A DNA stretch of 64,000 nt from Octopus bimaculoides (GCF_001194135.2 NC_068985.1:30894314-30958313); one strand, 5' to 3'. Shown: positions 24,101 through 39,100, counted from the stretch's first letter. Translations and numbers: made by a program. The notes: generated from the sequence alone by a model not told the origin.

Positions 24101-26246
24101 GAATTGCACTTGTACAAGGGAAGATTTTGAATGGTTTGTATGCAATTTGTTATTCAGTATTTCATTCAAAAATGCATTTTGTATTCAACTTATTGAATAC
24201 AAGATGCAGTATGTATTAAATGAGTTGTTAAATCTATTACATTACTAGTTGTTTTATTTCACTATTTCTTATTTGGGATACAGTATTATTCCATGTGTAC
24301 CATATTGTGCATTCCAAGACTGGCAACAAGTGTGGAGTTGGAAATAACTTGCTTGTTTAATAAATTCTTCCTCACTTACAGTTGTTCCAGTGTGGACCCA
24401 CCATCGGCACACGTCTTTGTTTCTTTTATCATTCAGGTGGCAGAAACAGTAAGAGCTGTATCGAATGTCATAGAGTGTTTTAGTTTTGTCTTCATGTTTC
24501 TTAATTGAAATCTTTATGAGCCTGTCATTACTTTTTATTTTCCATCAATAATTTAACATATCAAACTAGAATCAATTAAGTTGACTGTACACCTTAAACC
24601 TCAAATTTTGATTGTAATCAAAATAAATTTACTACACAACTAAATATTGTTTTTTTTCTTACATTAAAGAGGAAAATGTCTGTCTCTTTAGGTTTTCTTG
24701 TGTCTCTCTCAATATTCATACATTGCCCCACCACCCATCAGTGTGTCTCTGGCTCTCTTCTCTATCTTCATTTTTCATTCATATAACTAAATCTATAGTG
24801 TATATATATGGTGATGATAATGATGATGATGATACATGTATGTTATTTTTATTTCCACTTTCAGTGATTATGGCTTTAAATTAAGATCTCGACACAGCTT
24901 GACCTGTGAAACTGATCCCAATTCAGACCTTGATATACATAAGATACCAAGTCCTTGCTACCCTGGAACCTACTATTCTTACACCAAAGGGTTTGTACTT
25001 ACATTTTTAAATTGAAATTTAATCATACACAATATACAATAGAACCTTGCAGTACCAGTGCTCCATTGTACAAGTAATTTGCTGTACGAGCCGAGACTCG
25101 TGCAAATTTTTGTCTTGAAGTACAAGTGGAAATCTGCAATACAAGCACACAAATCGTCCCATCTTTAAGGTAATTCAGTTAATAAAACCAGTTTGCATAT
25201 TTCTTATGCATTCTCTGTTTATAATTGTCATTTCACTTGTAACTACACCTTTTGTTTGAAAACGCATAAAAAATTATTTTTGAGTGGTTTTGTGGGGCTG
25301 GAAACGATTAATTATATTTTAATTAATTTCAATGGGGAAAATTGGTTTGTAAAATGAGTAAATCGTAAGACGAGCTTGGTCATGGAACAAATCAAACTCA
25401 TACTGCGAGGTATCACTGTATTTTGTTTTGCTTTTTTACATTCTGTCCATTTGGGAAATATTTTCTCATCATTTTTATTTTTGAACAATTGAGATTAAAC
25501 AGTGGTCTTAGGGATTTAATTACTCAGAAATTATTAGATTGTATGTGCCATCCCCATTCCCAGTAACAATCTCTCTCTCTCTCTGTCTCACGCACATACA
25601 CACAAACACTATATACATTGATGTCTATTTACAAATTCACTCCTAACTCTGCTAAATACATTTGTGTCGTTTCATTCTCCCTTGCTTTCCCTTATCAACT
25701 AAGATGTATGCATAACTATTTTATTTGTGTTTTGCCAGTTACCGTCGTATTGCTGGTGATAGCTGCAAAGGTGGAATGGAGGCAATATATGCCCCACAAA
25801 TGAATTCTTGTCCAGTCAAAGGTAATACAGCTTTTCTCTGTATGAAATAAACTTCAAATGCTAAAAAGCATTTGGGTTACTGTTTTTAATCATCCCACAT
25901 GACTTCAGCTAGCCTTGTTTAAATAGATTGGTGACACCATAGTAACAAATCAAAGTAAATCTTAAATTTTTTCTTAATGACGCAGCTATGACTGTATATG
26001 TTTGAAAAGCCTGCTTCCCAACCTCATGGTTCTGGGTTCAGTCCCAACAAATGGTACTTTGGGCAAGCTGACCAAAGCTTTGTGGGAGGATTTGGTTGAT
26101 AGAAACTGAAAGAAGCCTGTGATGAATGACACTACTTTTATGACAGTGACAGTCATTTACAACTATCATTCAATGTCAAGACAAAGAGACATAAACATTC
26201 AACCCCCATGCATCTGCATGTATGGGTGTGTGTGTGCTTGCGTGTA

Positions 26247-26286
<40 letters not shown>

Positions 26287-26296
26287 NNNNNNNNNN

Positions 26297-26330
<34 letters not shown>

Positions 26331-26811
26331 TCCTAGACATTAAATGATGATGATGATATATGGGTAGTGGAGTATGTTTGTGTCTCGACCTTGCATGATA
26401 GTTTTACATGATTGTCACTCTCATGCAAGCAGTGTTATTCATTTTCAATATTCTACAAAAACATGTTTGGCCATGGAAATATTACCTTGCTTGGAATCGG
26501 GTGAGAATTGGCAATAGGAAGAGCATCTGCCTGTAGAAAATCTGCCTTCATAAATTCTGTCCAACCCTTGCAAACACGGAAAAATGGATGTTAAAATGAT
26601 GATGATTACCATTTTTAGTTGTTGACTGTCTATGGAGTGCTGGACTATCATTGAAAGAGTAAACAGTGTTTGTCTTGAGATGTACTTCTATCAGTTTGGT
26701 GAATACTTAACTCCTAAATATATACCAATTGGAGGTACATTCACTGCTATAAGCAGGTGTCAACTAAATCCTTGTGAGTGGATTTGATTGAAGGAAACTG
26801 AAAGAAGCATG

Positions 26812-26857
<46 letters not shown>

Positions 26858-29661
26858 GTGTGTGTGTGTGTGTGTTACTGTCTCCCTGCCATGACATCAC
26901 ATGGTAGTTGTAAATAAGTGTCACTGTCATCCAAATAGTGTCCTTTGTTTCTGATCTTTCCTTGGTCATAGGGAAATATTGCATTACTTGGAAGCAGGTG
27001 TGGTAATATTTCTCCATGATCAGTGAAGGCATCTGGCCATAGAAAATCCACCCCAACAAATTCCATTTGACCCATATGAGCATGGTAAAGTGGACATTAA
27101 AATGATGGTAATGGTTGTTGTGTTTCTTATACATAATTTATAGAGACATAGATCTAGCTGAAATATTAAGGCTAGCAGTTTTGAAATATTTATAGAGTTA
27201 TGCAGTAAGATGTAAGTAATGTTGTATAATATAGTGTTTTAGACTGTTATACTTCAAGTAAACATTAATTACAGCTTCAGGCTGTAATTCTTTCTAATAT
27301 TACCAGTCCATGCTGTAAAGTGGTTGGCATTAGGAAGGACATTCTTGTTGTATAGGATATACATGCACACACACACACAATTATATATACAAGCATTAAA
27401 TATTTTTATTTCAGAAATTCCTGAATTCCTTTTGTATGCTCAACGCAAAATGATTCATCGATATGAATTTGGTTCCCAGAAAAATGACATCCTTGTACAA
27501 AGAGGCATCCTTGATGCTGTAGTTTTTGATTTTGACAAAGAAGACAACTGCATCTACTGGGGAGACTTGGCTTTGAACACTATAACGGTTGGTTAAATTG
27601 CCTTAATAACATTGTGTTTCTTCCTCTCAGTATAGCTATGCTTTTTAGTTATCCTCTCTCTTTATTAACTAACTTTCATGTGCTTTTGTTTTGCTCTTAT
27701 GCTTTCTATTATCCTTTACAGTCCATTCATTTCCTCACATTCATGGTCTGTTCCAACTGCTTTTACTCTTACTAAGATATTATTTAGTAGTCTCGGTTCT
27801 TCTATTTTTTTTCTTCTTCTTCTCTCATCTCTTTTCTTCACTTGTCTTTATTTTCATATTCACAAAACCCACTAACTTTCAAACATACTCTACTTTCAGA
27901 GACTCTGTTTAGATGGAAATCATAGCCTTGAGGTTCTTATTGAAAAAGATGTTTCTGGCATTGAAGGAATGGCTTTTGACTGGAGTTCAGGCAATATCTA
28001 TTGGATTGATTCTGGGGCTCGCAAGCTTGAAGTGGTGCATAAAACTGGCCGTTTCAGGAGAACACTTCTTAGAGGAGGTGATACCCTGGATAAACCTCGA
28101 TCAATTACTCTTAAACCACACTACGGGTACATATATTTATTAATTTAACAAAGACGTGTGAATAACTTAGCTGAAATCAATAATTAGTAGATTTCAGATA
28201 TCTCAAAGATCAATGTGGACACAGATCAGATACCTGTATGAAAGAGACCTAATGAAAACAATTTGTTTGAATAGTGTCTTCCATTTAGTAAAAGTATATA
28301 TTTGGGGAAATTGCATATTATTTCATTTGGCTACTGTATTATGTGACATAAGAATAAATGAATCAAGGCTCTCCCTTTAGATTGGCTCATGTAGCTTCAG
28401 GACAAAAAAAAAAATGAAAAAAGCAATTTAATCATGTTGGTAGTTTGATTTTTTGGTTACATTATTAATGAGAGTGAGTGATGAGATTGACAGAGTTCTG
28501 AACTAATAGAACATGTAAATTGCATGTAAGGTTTGAACCCTGAAAATAAATCTTTGTTGATCTAACAAATGAATTATTATATTTGATTTTTCTAACAGCT
28601 ACCTCTATTGGACAGACTGGTCATCAACTAACCCACGTATAGTCAAAGCCAGTATGGACTGCCGTAACATCACCTATATAGTTCAGGGCAAAGATAATTT
28701 GGTATGGCCCAATGGCATTACTATTGATCACCAGATGGGACGATTGTACTGGACAGATGCCTTTCTGGATCAAATTGTCTCTTCAGATTTAGATGGCAAT
28801 GACCGAAAGATCATAGTAAAAGGCAATGAAATCCCACACCCTTATGCTATTGTGGTATATAAGGTATGTAACCATAGTGTTGTCATTTCTATTCCTTTTG
28901 TTTTTTAACTGCCTGTTCAATCAAGCACACAAATAGAGTAACTCACAACATCATGGTTGAATTCATAAATCTATATTAATTCACTAGTAGAGATACCTGG
29001 CGTTGCTCGGGGTTAAAATGGTATAGTTTTTTTTATTGTTTTACTTGTTTCAGTCATGTGACCATGGCCATGCTGCAGCAGCGCCTTTAGTCAAACAAAT
29101 CGATCCCAGGATTTATTCTTTGTAAGCCTAGTACTTATTCTATCGGTGTCTTTTGCTGAACCACTAAGTTATGGAAATGTAAACACTGCAACATTGGTTG
29201 TCAAGCGATGGTGGGGGTACAAACACAGACACACATACAAATATACACATATATATGACAGTCTTCTTTCAGTTTCCATGTATGAAAACCACTCACAAGG
29301 GTTTGGTCAGCCTNNNNNNNNNNNNNNNNNNNNNNNNNNNNNNNNNNNNNNNNNNNNNNNNNNNNNNNNNNNNNNNNNNNNNNNNNNNNNNNNNNNNNNN
29401 NNNNNNNNNNNNNNNNNNNNNNNNNNNNNNNNNNNNNNNNNNNNNNNNNNNNNNNNNNNNNNNNNNNNNNNNNNNNNNNNNNNNNNNNNNNNNNNNNNNN
29501 NNNNNNNNNNNNNNNNNNNNNNNNNNNNNNNNNNNNNNNNNNNNNNNNNNNNNNNNNNNNNNNNNNNNNNNNNNNNNNNNNNNNNNNNNNNNNNNNNNNN
29601 NNNNNNNNNNNNNNNNNNNNNNNNNNNNNNNNNNNNNNNNNNNNNNNNNNNNNNNNNNNNN

Positions 29662-29713
<52 letters not shown>

Positions 29714-32700
29714 TTGTTGTTGGCACTCCATCGATTACGATGTTGAGGGTTCCAGTTGATCCAATCAACGGAACAGCCTGCTCGTGAAATTAATGTGCAA
29801 GTGGCTGAGCACTCCACAGACACGTATACCCTTAACGTAGTTCTCGGAGATATTCAGCGTAACACCAAGAAAATAACATTCAAATTCTTTGTTCATTATC
29901 ATTTAATTAATTGTTTTTAGGAAAATATTTACTGGACTGATCTCAGCAGACAAGCATTATTGACTGCTAACAAAAATACTGGTTATGGTGTGACTGCAAT
30001 GCTAACCAATGTGACTGGTATAACTGATTTGAAGGTTGTCCATCAATTGGCCCAAAGCAGTAAGTATTGTTTTCTATTTTTCTCTAACATTTCTATTTCA
30101 AGTAGTGTTTTTGTTTTTTTTTAATTGGTCTTCAGTGATTTTAATTTATTGTAATGTAAAAGTATCAATTTTGTTGATGCTATATATAAGATATATTTAA
30201 CAATAGAAGCCCTCTTTACGTTTCTTGACTAAGATGGTTATATATATAGACATAGTCACATTATTTGCTGCCCATTTTACTTCCAGCTCAACACTGTACA
30301 CAACAAAATTTGTCCCAAACCCCATCTCTCTCCAGTCCAATTTCAAATAAAGTACTGTTGAGCTCTTTACTCTTTTACTATCTACAAGATAATTTATCTT
30401 AGTCTGTTAAAACACACAATGATATGTTCCATTGCTAAAAGAGTCAACCTCTCTGATCCTGACAACTACTGTCTACCACTTTCACATCTGACATCTCATA
30501 AGAGCTAATGAAAGAGCTGCTAGGGTGGGGGTGGGGGTGTCTTCAACCTGCTAAAAATAACGGTCAAATTAGCCTCAAATCACATCCTACTGTCTTAAAG
30601 AAGGGAAGGATACATTATGTAATGTAGACATAGATACCTGAATAAGAAAGACTGGACAGTCATAGATGGAATGCTTTTGATCACAAGTCTTCTTGATCAA
30701 GGATGACCTGGAGCTAAGCAACTTTTGCCACTGACTTACTCTCTCATGAAATGACCATTTGAGTCTGGCCTTTGAGAACTTTCAAGAAAGTAATGTTTCT
30801 GTCATTCATATTAGTAAAATCTTCAACCAGTTTGGGATGAGCCAACAAGAGAACTATGAAGATACTTAACTTGCTAGAAATAGCAGCCAATTCATCATCA
30901 GACCTCATACTGTATTATCAAAGCTCATCTGGAGCAAAAGAAGAGCAAAACCTGTCTGACATGAATATCACTTTAAGTTACCTGCAAATGGACTCCACCT
31001 GTCTTCAACCCTTTGGTATTTAAACTGGCCATATCCAACCAAAATATTGAACTTGTTTTATGTTCAAAATGGCCAGATCTAACCCTACCATATCATTCTA
31101 AAAATTAAAAGTTACCTCATAGAAATTTCATGGCTACAAAATAATGCATGTTTAATACAAAACAAATAAGCATTACGTTTAATTGAATAATGTGAATGCT
31201 AAGGATTAATTTCTTGGACTAAAGTTTCCTGTGAGATTTGTGCATTTTTGTGGCTTCTCCTACCCACATTCTGTCAACTTCAGTGACTGCCTCTCCCACT
31301 TCCCCAAAGGTTTGCTTACTGTATGTCTTTTCTTTACATTAATGACCCATTTACTATCACCTCTAATTTCACTCACGACTATGTGGTGGTGAAAATTAAT
31401 TTGGGAGGTTTTGTAGAAGCAACATTGAATGAAGAACTTGAAACACATTTTGCATTATGAAACAGAGGAAATTAAAACTTAACCCTGCAAAATATGTTTT
31501 TTTAACTAATATCATGTATATTTTTTATTATTACTTTTACAGCTTTAAGTGCTTGTTCTTTCAAGAATGGGATGTGTTCACAGCTCTGTGTACCTCGACC
31601 TCATCATTTGCATATTGGACACAACAACCGAACTTGTCTCTGTCAAAACTACATTGGACATATTCTAAAGCCTTCTGGAGATGAAGACTGTTACTGTCCT
31701 CATGGGGAAACTTACCAAAATGGAATTTGCAAACCAAACAACAGTAAATATAATATTCCCCCTTATCCAATCTCTTCTCTTCAGCTTTGTTTTTCATTCA
31801 TTATTCATTGTTATTCTTATAGCTTTCACCATGTTTACAAAATACTAATGTTAAATCACCTTGGATTAACCATTTTAGTTTTACTTCTGTAAAATCCTTC
31901 TTCCTTGTTTTCTATGTTTTCCCACTTAGCTCAACAAAATGGGATAATAAGAACACCCTCTCAATGAAGGAAAAGGAATGAAATTAAACAAATTGTAGAT
32001 TAAATTACATGGTAACTTTTCAAAACTGTTAGAGCTCATTCTGATAGACTGTGAAATTGATAAGAGTTGTGAATAGAGTAACTGTGGTTAATACTGAAAA
32101 ACTTGTACTTGAGTGTTGACAACAAAATTGTCAAAATTTTTTGATATAAGTCTACTGGCAGCTTCAAAACAATAGTAAGATTTTTTTGATATTTGTGGTT
32201 TCCATCAAGGACTATCCTTATATTAGCTTATTTTTTAACCACCATATATTTTTCTGTGTAATCACTGAATGAATTCATACATAGTTTTGTTAATACTTAT
32301 CTTCCTATTTGTCAGATACTTGTGAACCTCATCAGTTTCAGTGTCACAACAGCCAATGTGTCTCAGCTGCTGTGAAATGTGACCATGATCCTGATTGTGT
32401 TGATGGCAGTGATGAACTTAACTGTGGTTAGTATTACCAACATACTAGCATTATTTAATTGATCATGTAGTGTTTATATATATACAATGTTTATTCACAC
32501 CATTTGCAAACAGAATATTTCCTTAAGAGCAATATTCTAATACTAATATCATTTACTTTTTGTCTTGGCCATATTTTCATCACCAACAGCATCACTATCA
32601 TCAGATTCACCTTTTTTTTTATCTTGGAATAGAAATTCTTGATACTTTACTATTTTCCTAGCTTCATGTCATTACTAATTAAGTAAATGAAATTGCAGGA

Positions 32701-35547
32701 TATAACTATTTTTCACTTTGTCAACCACACTACTACACATCATGCATTTAAACTATTGTTCCTTTGCCATTCAGGCTAATATTTCACTGCATCCATTCTT
32801 ATACAAACTGCCCAGTGTTGAGTTTCTTCACATACCAATGTTGCAGACTGAGCATAGCAATTTTCCTGAGACTATTGAACTAAGAAAACTCTTTCAAATA
32901 ACTACTCCATCAATCTTGTCTTTCAACTTTCAAACTTGCCAACACACTCCAACCACTGACCCACAAATATGCTGTCTCTTCACTCTGCCTTGCCTACCAC
33001 TACTGCTGTGGCCTCTGCACCTTGGACCTGTCTTGTTCCATAACATTTTCAGTCAGGCACTCCCATCTTGCTTATGACTCCTTTTCTCTTTACTTGTATT
33101 GTGTATTCATCTCCCATTGGCCCAACACTAACTACTTTGTTCTGTCCTTCCTTCCCAAAACATCTGGAATTCCCTACCTGCATATCTTCTTTGCAGTTAA
33201 TAATTCTTCCAAGAGCAACATTAATGGCATCAATCCCACCAATCTCAGATGCAACCTCTTCATCTAGACTAAACCAATTAAAAGCAAAAAAAAAAGGTTA
33301 CCATACTTAGGATTAATATTTTATTGGCTTCAGGACTCATGAAAAAATAAGCAATTTAATACTGGAATCTTGGAAGATATCCATGTAACTTCCTCTGTTA
33401 GTTCACCACCAACCTTGCCAAGTTTTCTGAACCAGAACTCACACACCATTCAATCATTCCTAGCTTTCTTTTGTCCTGCAAACTATAGAATCTTCAGGAA
33501 AGCAATATATTATTTCTCTGATATTACACATTATCTTCTTCTTTAGCATGAGACCAGTTTTATAAGTGATGTGGATGTAATCAAACGATTCAACCTCTAG
33601 TACTATACCATTACTTATTTTACATCCTGAAACTTTAAATTAAGAATTCCAAACCTAAAAGTTGTAATGCATTTAGTCTAGCACATTCCTCTCAGACATC
33701 TACATTGCCAATTCTTGTAAACATGTTAGTATGATTTAATTGCTGGGTGTTCACTTAATAGCTAAGTTTTTGTTTCTTTCACATATCATAATATGGTGTT
33801 ATTAAAATACTCTAAATACATTAAAGTTTTTGTTTGAAGTTAAGGTTGTGATGTATCTAAGATATAGTTTCAATTTGACTAATAGTTGACAATTTTGTTT
33901 TCAACTGTATTACATTTATCTCAAAATAAGTTAAAATCTGTCCTGGATTTGCAAAAGAAAATATTTTAGTGAATGTTGTCAAAATATTAAGATGGTAATT
34001 ATCATACATTAAATGAAATAACATAACGTCTTGGTGCACCTTATTACTATTACACATTAATTTTTTTTTTTTTGTCATACAATGAAAATATTTACTACTT
34101 CTATCTCACAGTTTCTGTGATTAAGATTAAATAAGGTTTCCAACTATAAAAGTTCTTATTCTAATAATTTGTGTATTCAGTTTGCAAGAAGAACACTACT
34201 GCTTATTGAGAATACTCAAAAAAAGAATTTAAAAAAAAGAAACTGTAAAGAAACTGAATAAGTCAGCTTTGTTGTAGCTCTAATCATAGTTATTACTGTT
34301 ACAAAAGATAGATCCAGTTAGTCTTTTAAATGACACTAGCACAAAAAAAAGAGAGATTTCAACTGGAGATGATATTAGGTGATGATAGTTTTTATTATTG
34401 ATCTCTTCTAAGCAATCAAAGAAGAGGGGAATAGGTTATAATCATTTACTTTGTAATCATATATGGAACAGAAAGCTTGAAGATAATATCTAATTAAAAT
34501 GGATATGTTCCATAATGTAAGTAAAATTATATTTCTTTGTTTCTTAGACTTTTCTTTTAATTTCATAGTGAACATTCATTTCCCTTATACAAACAAACCT
34601 TTCCTTTTTCTTTTCTGTTTTGTACTTTGTTTTTTTTTTTTTTCCCCCTCCTGTTTCTGATCAGCATATTTAGATTGCATGAACTGCAAAGCTCCTCAGA
34701 AATAATTAATCGCACTTGACTGCAACTGAATGGTTTGTTATCACCCAGTGTAGCTATCACATTCTCATTTCACTGAGATTTTACATCATACCAGCTCCTA
34801 TCAGCTGCTCTATGTTAGTTTTGTTTCCCTGCAGAATATCATCCATGTTCTGAAGGTAACTTCCGTTGTCCTAACATGCAATGCATTCCACACCACTGGC
34901 TCTGTAACCATGAAAATGACTGCAGTGATGGCTCTGATGAGAAAAATTGCAGTGAGTATTTCTGTCTCATCTTCCTTAAATATTCCTGCGATTTTATTTT
35001 TTATTTTATTTTTTTGATATTTAAATATTTTTGTTACTATTTTATTTGTTTGTTGTTATTTTTTCTGAATTGATTAGCATAAAAAAATAGAAACACATAC
35101 AGTATACATTATTAACAACTTTTATTTTTGCATTAACATTCTATTGTGGCATGGGAATAATAACAAGGACAAAAATGTTGGATAAATTTGTATTAGAAGA
35201 ATTTTGGAAATTAACTTGAAATAATAATAATAATAATAATAATAATCCTTTCTACTGTAGAGGCAGAAGGCCTGAACTTTTGGGGGTTGAAGCTAGTCAA
35301 ATACATCAACCCCAGTGCTCAACTAGCACTATTTTATTGACTGCTAAGGGATGAAAAGTAAAGTTGAATGATTTAGTCACATAGCCAGCAGTTTTGAAGG
35401 AAAGAAAGCAGTTGATTATATCAAACCCAGTATTTGTTTGGTAGTTTATTTTCTCAACTGGAATTCAAACTCAGGATTTATATGACTAAAACTAAATACT
35501 GCAAAAACATGGGTCTAACACTAACGATTCTGCCAGTCCCTGCCCGT

Positions 35548-35588
<41 letters not shown>

Positions 35589-36154
35589 GGGTTTTAAGTT
35601 TTGCCACAAGGGCAGCCATTTTGGGGGAGATGATGAGTTGATTACATCAACCCAGTATTTCACTGGTACTTAATTTATCGACCCCGAAAGGATGAAAGGC
35701 AAAGTCAACCTCGGTGGAATTTGAACTATAATAATGATAATAATTATAATAATAATTTTTTAAATAATGATAGCAGTAATAATGAAAGTTATGCATAGTT
35801 ATGTAGGAATAGAAATGCTTCTTATTTGAAGCAAAATCATCTACTGCTAGCGGGAGTGTTCTTCCATTTGGAACATATAAAAGTTAATATTTTCTCAATC
35901 CTTCAATATTTAGTTGTTAACCAAAGATTATAAGCTAGATAGGTGTTTGAAATCACACTGTCTGATAAATTACTTGACAGCCAAATAATAACAATTAGTT
36001 AAAGATATGGTTAGTATTGACATGATTCTTAATACATTTTTTTTCTATTATAATCATAACTAGTAGAAATTAGATGTCTAAATATTTGAGATAAATTGCT
36101 AAGATTATAATTTTTTTTAGGTTATTAACCCACTTATTATTAAGTATCTGGTTC

Positions 36155-36187
<33 letters not shown>

Positions 36188-39100
36188 CATACATATATCA
36201 TCATCATCATCGTTTAACATCTGTTTTCAATGCTAGCATGGGTTGGACAGTTCGACTGGGGTCTGGGAAGCCAGGAGGCTGCACCAGGCTCCAGTCTGAT
36301 CTGGCAGTGTTTCTACAGCTGGATGCCCTTCCTAACGCCAACCACTCCATGAGTGTAGTGGGTGCTTTTTACATGCCACTGGCACGGAAGCCAGTCAAGG
36401 CAGCACTGGCATGTTCGGATGGTGCTTTTTACATGCCACCGGCATGGGGATCACAACTACAATTTCCGTTTGATTTTCATTTTGATGTCGATGTACTTGA
36501 CTCAATAGGTCTCCTCAAACACAGCATGTCACCCTATGATCCAAGGTACTTTTGAATGAGCTGGGGCTGTAATACCAGACTTGATTAAAACTAAGAATCT
36601 ATGGTAGTTATGTTGTGGATAAGAATGTTATTACCTTTAGTGTAGAATTAAAGGTTTCTAGTTTGAATCTAATTTGATACTATATATGTAAATATAGAGT
36701 ATGAAGATCAGAGATCAATCTGATTGAAGCAGAGTGTAGATGTCAATATTTAAATTGTCTTATATATCTAATGATGGAATTAATAGTCCAAAAAATTATA
36801 ACTGTTCTTTTGGTATTTCACTCTTTAGCTGCAAAATTAAATTTCATGGTTATTCCAGTAATGGTGTTAAATATCTACCAAGAAATAGAATTGGTATTTT
36901 TTGCAAGTCATGCTCCCCAGTGCCATTTGACTGGCACCTGTGCTGGTGGCACATAAAAAGTACTGTTCGAGTGTTGGGCCTCATGAAGGCAGTGACAGGT
37001 GACCAAGATCTTTGGCAATATACCGTGCTTGTGTAGACCTGTCAAACCAAGTGAGACTGTAGTTGTGGTCATTGCCAGTGTCAGGTCAATGGCACCCATG
37101 CCAGTGGCATGTAAGAAAAACACCTGCTACACTCTTGGAGTGGTTGGCATTAGGAAGGGCATCCAACAGTAGAAACCTTGCCAAATCAGATCAGAACCTG
37201 GTACAGCTCCCCGGCTTACCAGTCAAACTGTCCAACCCATGCCAGCATGGAAAATGGATGTTAAAAGATGATGATGATGATGTTGCCTCAATGAACTTGA
37301 TACATCTCAACAAAATATAGTTTTAAATACAATGTCATTCCTCAGCAGAAGATAGATTGGTATATAAAACTGCTTTCCACTGTTAAGGGTAATGAAATTT
37401 TGAGTGGATATATCTGATTTCCACACTAAAAGGATGAAGTTAACCTCATTAAAAATATTGATTGGATTCATTTTTGATTTTTCAAATGAAGCTCTAAAAC
37501 ATTTGATTTTGCAGGTCAGATTAAAGCATAAACTAGATCTTGAGCATCAGATAGGGACAATTATTCATAAATTCCCTATTGATAATTAAACCAAAATAAA
37601 TGGCTAAAGTGGTCAATATAATCATAACAACTTTATTAACAATAAAGAAACAACTATGAGATGTAAGCAATGTTGTTTGCAGTGATGTATTGGAAAAGCT
37701 CATTCATATGGTATACATACAATCCTATTAAATAAGAATCTATAGTGTGAGAGCAGAGATAGAAATTGCTTAAATGAATGCAGGCAGTTTTTTTGAGAAG
37801 ACCAGTGCTTGGTAGAAAGCTTGCACTATTTCATTTTCAAGCCCTTTCAACACCATTCGTGTATCAGTTGAATCTATTCAAATGAACTCATACCTAAATT
37901 TGAAAAAGCAACTTTCACTTCCAATGTATAGACAAAGTGAAGGAAAAATAGGTCATATCTATTAATATTAAGAGTTATACACTTCTTTTTCAGTGGTTGA
38001 GAAAACAAAAGATTCTCTAAGGTGCACTAATTTGACTCAACTCTCATTTGGATTCCAACACTGAATGTATGCTAACAATATATATTTTATGGAATATTGT
38101 AAAAGTTAAAAAGTAATTTAATACTTTACTAGAAAATTGAACTTGGAGGTGAGGTTAGACTAAACATTGTCATGAGCCAGATCCAGTTCACTGCTCATTT
38201 GTTTGACACACCTGCTTTCAAACATTTCAAGTGATTTCTTTCAAATTTTTGATTTAAAACATTAGTTATATTTGTTATCCCCTATTTTCTGCTTTTCTCA
38301 CCTATAGATATCAAGCTTTATTTCATCATGTAATAAAGCTAGTAAAGAAAATCTTTCTTTTCAATTAAGGTAATAAATGAATTTAGTAAGATGAATTATT
38401 GTGATCTATCTGAAATGAAACTCTACACTTAGTGAAGACATAATTGAATCAATTTGCCTAGATACTGATAATGTATATTATTGTCAGTTAAGAGCTGTTT
38501 TCACTTTTCTTTTCTGATATCTTAGCTAATTCATGATTACATGTACCAATTTATGTAATGTTAACTTCCTTCTGGTCTGTTAATTTTCTAGATATTTTTT
38601 TCTTCTTTTTATTGAAATATTGACGTTAAAAATAACTTATCTCTAATAATGTTGGTCTATTTTCCCTTCCATTTTCCAGCCTATCCACCTTGTTCTTCTG
38701 CTGAATTCACTTGCAATAATGGCCGCTGCATTCCTTTGAATTGGACGTGTGACTTTGACGATGACTGCCATGATTATTCTGATGAAGCTAATTGTGAAGA
38801 TGGTAAGTTGTTTTGGAATAACTTTTTTCCTGACTTTATCTGATTGCTAAATTACTTATGAAGTAAGATTTCTATGGGTTTTTTTTAAATCCAAACAGAA
38901 TAATCTAGTACTGTAGACCAGATATTATTGGCTACAAATTTTAGCACAAGGACTGCAAGTTTGGGGAAGTGGGTAAGTTGATTACATCAACCCTGTTTCT
39001 CAACTGGTGCTTATTTTTATCGACACTGAAAGAACAAAAATTAAAGTCGACCTTGACAGAATTTGAACTCAGAACATAAAGGTAGATGAAATGCCTCTAA

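Noticed and set aside
36740-36900. ORF-like stretch suggesting a captured gene fragment
   Set aside because: No recognisable motif on either strand; the ORF length depends on read-through into the RTE fragment.
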